A stretch of 57,232 nucleotides of DNA, the filler included, from Platydemus manokwari (Eukaryota), in the NCBI GenBank assembly GCA_037951405.1. It is 4 parts of 4 records of this genome, joined end to end, with 100 filler letters (N's around TTAATTAATTAA, not from the genome) between each part and the next. Parts side by side here need not be neighbours in the genome. Positions count along the whole stretch, not along the records: positions 39,387 to 57,232 come from JBBMOY010733315.1; 3 more parts are not named here. One strand, written 5' to 3'. The notes under the pieces were generated by a model. The model worked only from the letters and a program-made list of their open reading frames with translations. It did no database searches and was not told the DNA's origin. The position numbers were made by a program, and so were the translations under genes. Positions 53,801 through 57,232 of this stretch are shown piece by piece; the first letter of the stretch is position 1; each line of letters starts with the position of its first letter.

Positions 53801-56800
53801 ACAAAGGCTATAGGTATAATTTTACTGCAGTTAAATTGGTTCGTAAAATTTTATATTTAGTCCCTAACTTGAAGAAAGATCAGAAATACCAATTTAGGGT
53901 GAAAGCCAAAAATGATGCTGGTTTAAGTGAACCAAGTCAATGTACAAAGGACGTCGAGTGTAAACCAAAATATGGTAAAACAATAATAAATATTTTAACC
54001 ATTATAATTTGAATCGTTTAGTAAGTCCCGATGCTCCTGGTACACCAAACGTCGACAAAGTTGGAAAAGATTTCGTAGACTTATCTTGGCCAAAGCCCAT
54101 TAAGGATGGTGGAAATAAAATAATTGGATATCAAGTAGAAAAAAGGAAAAAGGATGGTGAATGGGAACCAGTTAATGAGCGCCCAATTCCAGGAAATGAA
54201 ACTCGTATTCCGAATTTGGATGAAAATGGTGAATACGAATTTCGAGTGAAAGCCGTTAATGCCGCTGGTCCGGGTGAAGCAAGTGAACCGACTCTACCAA
54301 CAAAGATTTTTGATAAATCTGGTACTGTATTTTATCAGAGTTGAATCAAATCGATTATTGATATTGATTTAGCTGGAACTGCTGCAGAATTTCTCAGTAA
54401 AATTACTCCCTCTACCTCAGCTGTAGGCGCGACAGCAACATTCCAATGTAGAGTAGATGGAAAACCACCTCCGGAAGTGAAATGGATGAGAAATGGAATT
54501 GAATTAAGGCCATCGTCTAAAGTTAAGATGACAGATGATGACGGTCTGCTGACATTAGAAATATCAGATATTGAAGATAAAGATGGAGGAACAATCACTT
54601 GTGAAATTAAAAACAAAGCCGGAAAAGACAGTTGTAGTGCACCTCTTGAAGTTCTTAGTGAGTCGAAGATGCTGTTGAGTTTCGATTATAATAAACTTGA
54701 AATGTTTCAGGTGCTCCAAAAGTTCTATCAGATATTCCAGACCAAGTTGCCGAAGTTGGCGAAACTATCAAATTGAAAATTCCTTTCAGTGGAAAGGGAA
54801 ATATTAAATTCGCATTGAAAAAGGACAAGAAAGAAGTACCAGAATCGGATAAAGTGAAAATCAATGAATTTGATGGATTTATCACTGTCCAGTTAAAGGG
54901 TATAAAATGATATCTTTAAAATTACTCCTTCGTTATAATCAATATTTTTATAGATGTTAGTCCCGACGTTGCTGGAGAATATACATTAGAGATCGCTAAT
55001 GAAAGTGGTTCAGCAGTGGTACCTTTCAAAGCAAAAGTTATTGGTGAGAGATATATTTTGTAAGTTACAATGCATTACAATCTTTTCAGATTCACCTGGA
55101 AAATGTACTGGACCACTCTCTGTGTCTGATATTACAAAGAACACTTGCAGTCTATCTTGGAAAGCACCTGCTAACGATGGTGGTAGTAAAATTCTTCACT
55201 ATATTGTCGAGAAAAAAGAACCCGGTAAAGATAAATGGACAACCATATCCTCGATGTGCAAAGAGCCAAGATTTTCGGTCCAAGGTCTTCAAGAAGATCA
55301 GCGTTATAAATTTCGTGTTGCAGCTGTCAATCAGCATGGTTCAGGAGAGTTTTTAGAGCTTGAAAATGATATCATAGCTAAATTACCCTTTGGTGAGACA
55401 TAATTGATTAATTGGTGAGAATTAAATTTTTGAAATCGTTATCCAATTTAGATAAACCCGAATCTCCCGGTGAACCAACAGTTACTGAAATCGGTGGAGA
55501 CTTTGTTAGTCTGTCATGGGCAAGACCAGCTTCCGATGGAGGAGGAAAAATAAAGGGTTATTATATTGAAAAAAGAGAAGTTGGAAGTCCGAACTGGACA
55601 AAGGCTAATTTTCAACTATGTCTCCCAACTACTTTCAACATTCCAAATCTGATAGAGGATAAAAGCTATGAATTTAGAGTGTTTGCAGAAAACGAAGCAG
55701 GTCTCAGTGAACCGTCTGTGGCTTCCAAAATAGTGAAAGTCAAAGATCCAAAAGGTATGTGTCATCAATAATTGTAAACATGATGGAGAATTCAATTCTC
55801 CTCTTTGAAACCTTTTGCATTATTTGAGTTTTACAAAGAACTTTTAATTAAATTATATTTTAGCATGTTCTCTACCTGAGTTTATGCAAGGACTGAAACC
55901 AATAACTATTGTAGAAGGTAAAACAGCTAAATTTGAAGTTCAGATAGATGGAACACCTCCAATTGACGTAGTCTGGTACAAAGGTGTAAGAGAGTTACAA
56001 GAAACATCACGAATCGATATAGGAAAAGAGGGTAACAAATATTATCTAAATATTCATGAATGCTACGGAGAAGATGCCGATGAATACAGTGTTAAAGCTT
56101 CAACAAGATCTGGATCTAGAATGTCAAGAGCTGATCTCATTATAAAAAGTAAAATGATTATGTTCGTCTAACTCATTAATGTGATGGTACAGCTGCTCCT
56201 CATATAAAATTGCCAGCACGTTTTAATGAAGTTACTTCTTGGGACAAAGGAGACAATATTGTCGTCAAAATTCCTTTCACTGGTGTACCTAAACCAACCG
56301 CTCGTTGGACACTTAACGGTGAAGAATTGAAGCCTCATAAAAACGTGTCAATAGAGCTGAAAGAGCGTCATGCTATATTAACAATTGATGGTGCGAATAA
56401 ATCGAATTCTGGAATTTACAATCTGACATTGGAAAATGAATTGGGAACGGACAGTGCTAAATTTGAATTGGAAGTGAATGATGCTCCCAACAAACCAACA
56501 GGACTCAAAGTAGAAGGCCATCTGGACAATGGGATCTGTTTGTCATGGACTGCACCGATCTCCGATTCTGGCAAGAAGGGATATATATCAGAATATCACA
56601 TTGAGAAAAAGGAACTTCCCGATGGAAATTGGATCAGATGTGCTACCTCACGGTTTTCGAATGTTCAATTGGATAATTTGCGCAATGGAAAGGATTATCA
56701 ATTCAGAGTGATTGCAGAGAATCTCCATGGTCGTAGTGAACCAAGCGATGAAATTGGTCCCATTACAATTGGGGAATCTCTAATTAAACCCAAGAAATCC

Positions 56801-56870
56801 AATTTGGACCAATCCGGCCGTTATCGGGGTGATTATGATGGACCAGAGATTGACAATTACGATAAATTCT
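47890..56870 (+). CDS. unc-22: Twitchin / unc-22 / projectin-family giant muscle protein kinase (partial: 10 Ig + 15 Fn3 up to the pre-kinase linker)
   Basis: 29 GT-AG exons: 47890-48252, 48308-48505, 48561-49163, 49215-49339, 49386-49648, 49701-49897, 49944-50246, 50295-50690, 50747-50938, 50997-51101, 51179-51373, 51427-52023, 52074-52218, 52276-52433, 52486-52636, 52684-52835, 52890-53008, 53059-53307, 53354-53573, 53625-53813, 53861-53974, 54022-54321, 54373-54657, 54711-54899, 54954-55043, 55090-55392, 55452-55754, 55864-56148, 56193-56870. Fn3 signature (L.W.PP.DDGG.PI..Y.VEK....W...Y.FRV.AVN.AG.SEPS) alternates with I-set Ig (G.P.P...W.K...D.G.Y.L...N..G). Ends RYRGDYDGPEIDNYDKF, matching the NYD linker that precedes the twitchin kinase. 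Confidence 0.93.
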
Positions 56871-57232
56871 GTAAATTTTATTTTTACTTAATTATTTTAA
56901 TATTAAAGAGACAATTAAACCCCCTCCCAACCGACAGAACAATTACTGTAAAATCCCGAGTATAAGCTGCAGCTAATACGAACATAGCGGCAACATTTTT
57001 GAATTGCAGCTAATATGATGTGCAGTTTATACAACTAAAAAACAATTCAAATCGAAGATAAGATTATTTCTTTCAATTTTCAACATCACACTCCTCAAAA
57101 CTATCACACTTTTCATTGTCAATAAAAGTGAAATTTTCTAGTCGTCTTCACCGAATGCAACCTCCCGTGTGTTTCCTAACTGACGAGCTAATTCAATAAT
57201 TTCTTTTTTCTTTGCTGAACTAAAAGATCTTC

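Noticed and set aside
48602-55337. Minus-strand ORFs overlapping twitchin exons (and plus-strand ORFs over SOS exons)
   Set aside because: Antisense shadows of real coding exons with no independent domain signal.

Overview
Very AT-rich, intron-containing animal DNA, most likely a free-living flatworm (planarian). This is inferred from the 42-60 nt mini-introns, the AAT microsatellites, the mariner/Gypsy content and a lophotrochozoan-type twitchin. Three spliced genes can be reconstructed by hand: (1) the 3' half of a divergent Son-of-sevenless-like RasGEF (PH-REM-CDC25) on the minus strand, ~1.3-10.4 kb; (2) a complete 5-exon, 327-aa type I membrane protein with two Ig-like domains on the minus strand, 31086-34066; (3) 29 exons of a twitchin/unc-22-type giant muscle kinase on the plus strand, 47890-56870, stopping just before the kinase domain. 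The rest is repeat-rich: a full-length decayed DD34D mariner, hAT (Buster/Charlie-type) derivatives, a solo-LTR family with three copies, a ~125-bp satellite with hints of higher-order structure, and a decayed Gypsy pol. The most unusual structure is a ~1-kb LTR flanked by BOTH a PPT and a tRNA-shaped PBS on the minus strand, while the adjacent pol and the LTR's best TATA box point the other way. Three of the four gaps contain an artificial TTAATTAATTAA six-frame-stop linker, so adjacency across them is not proven.
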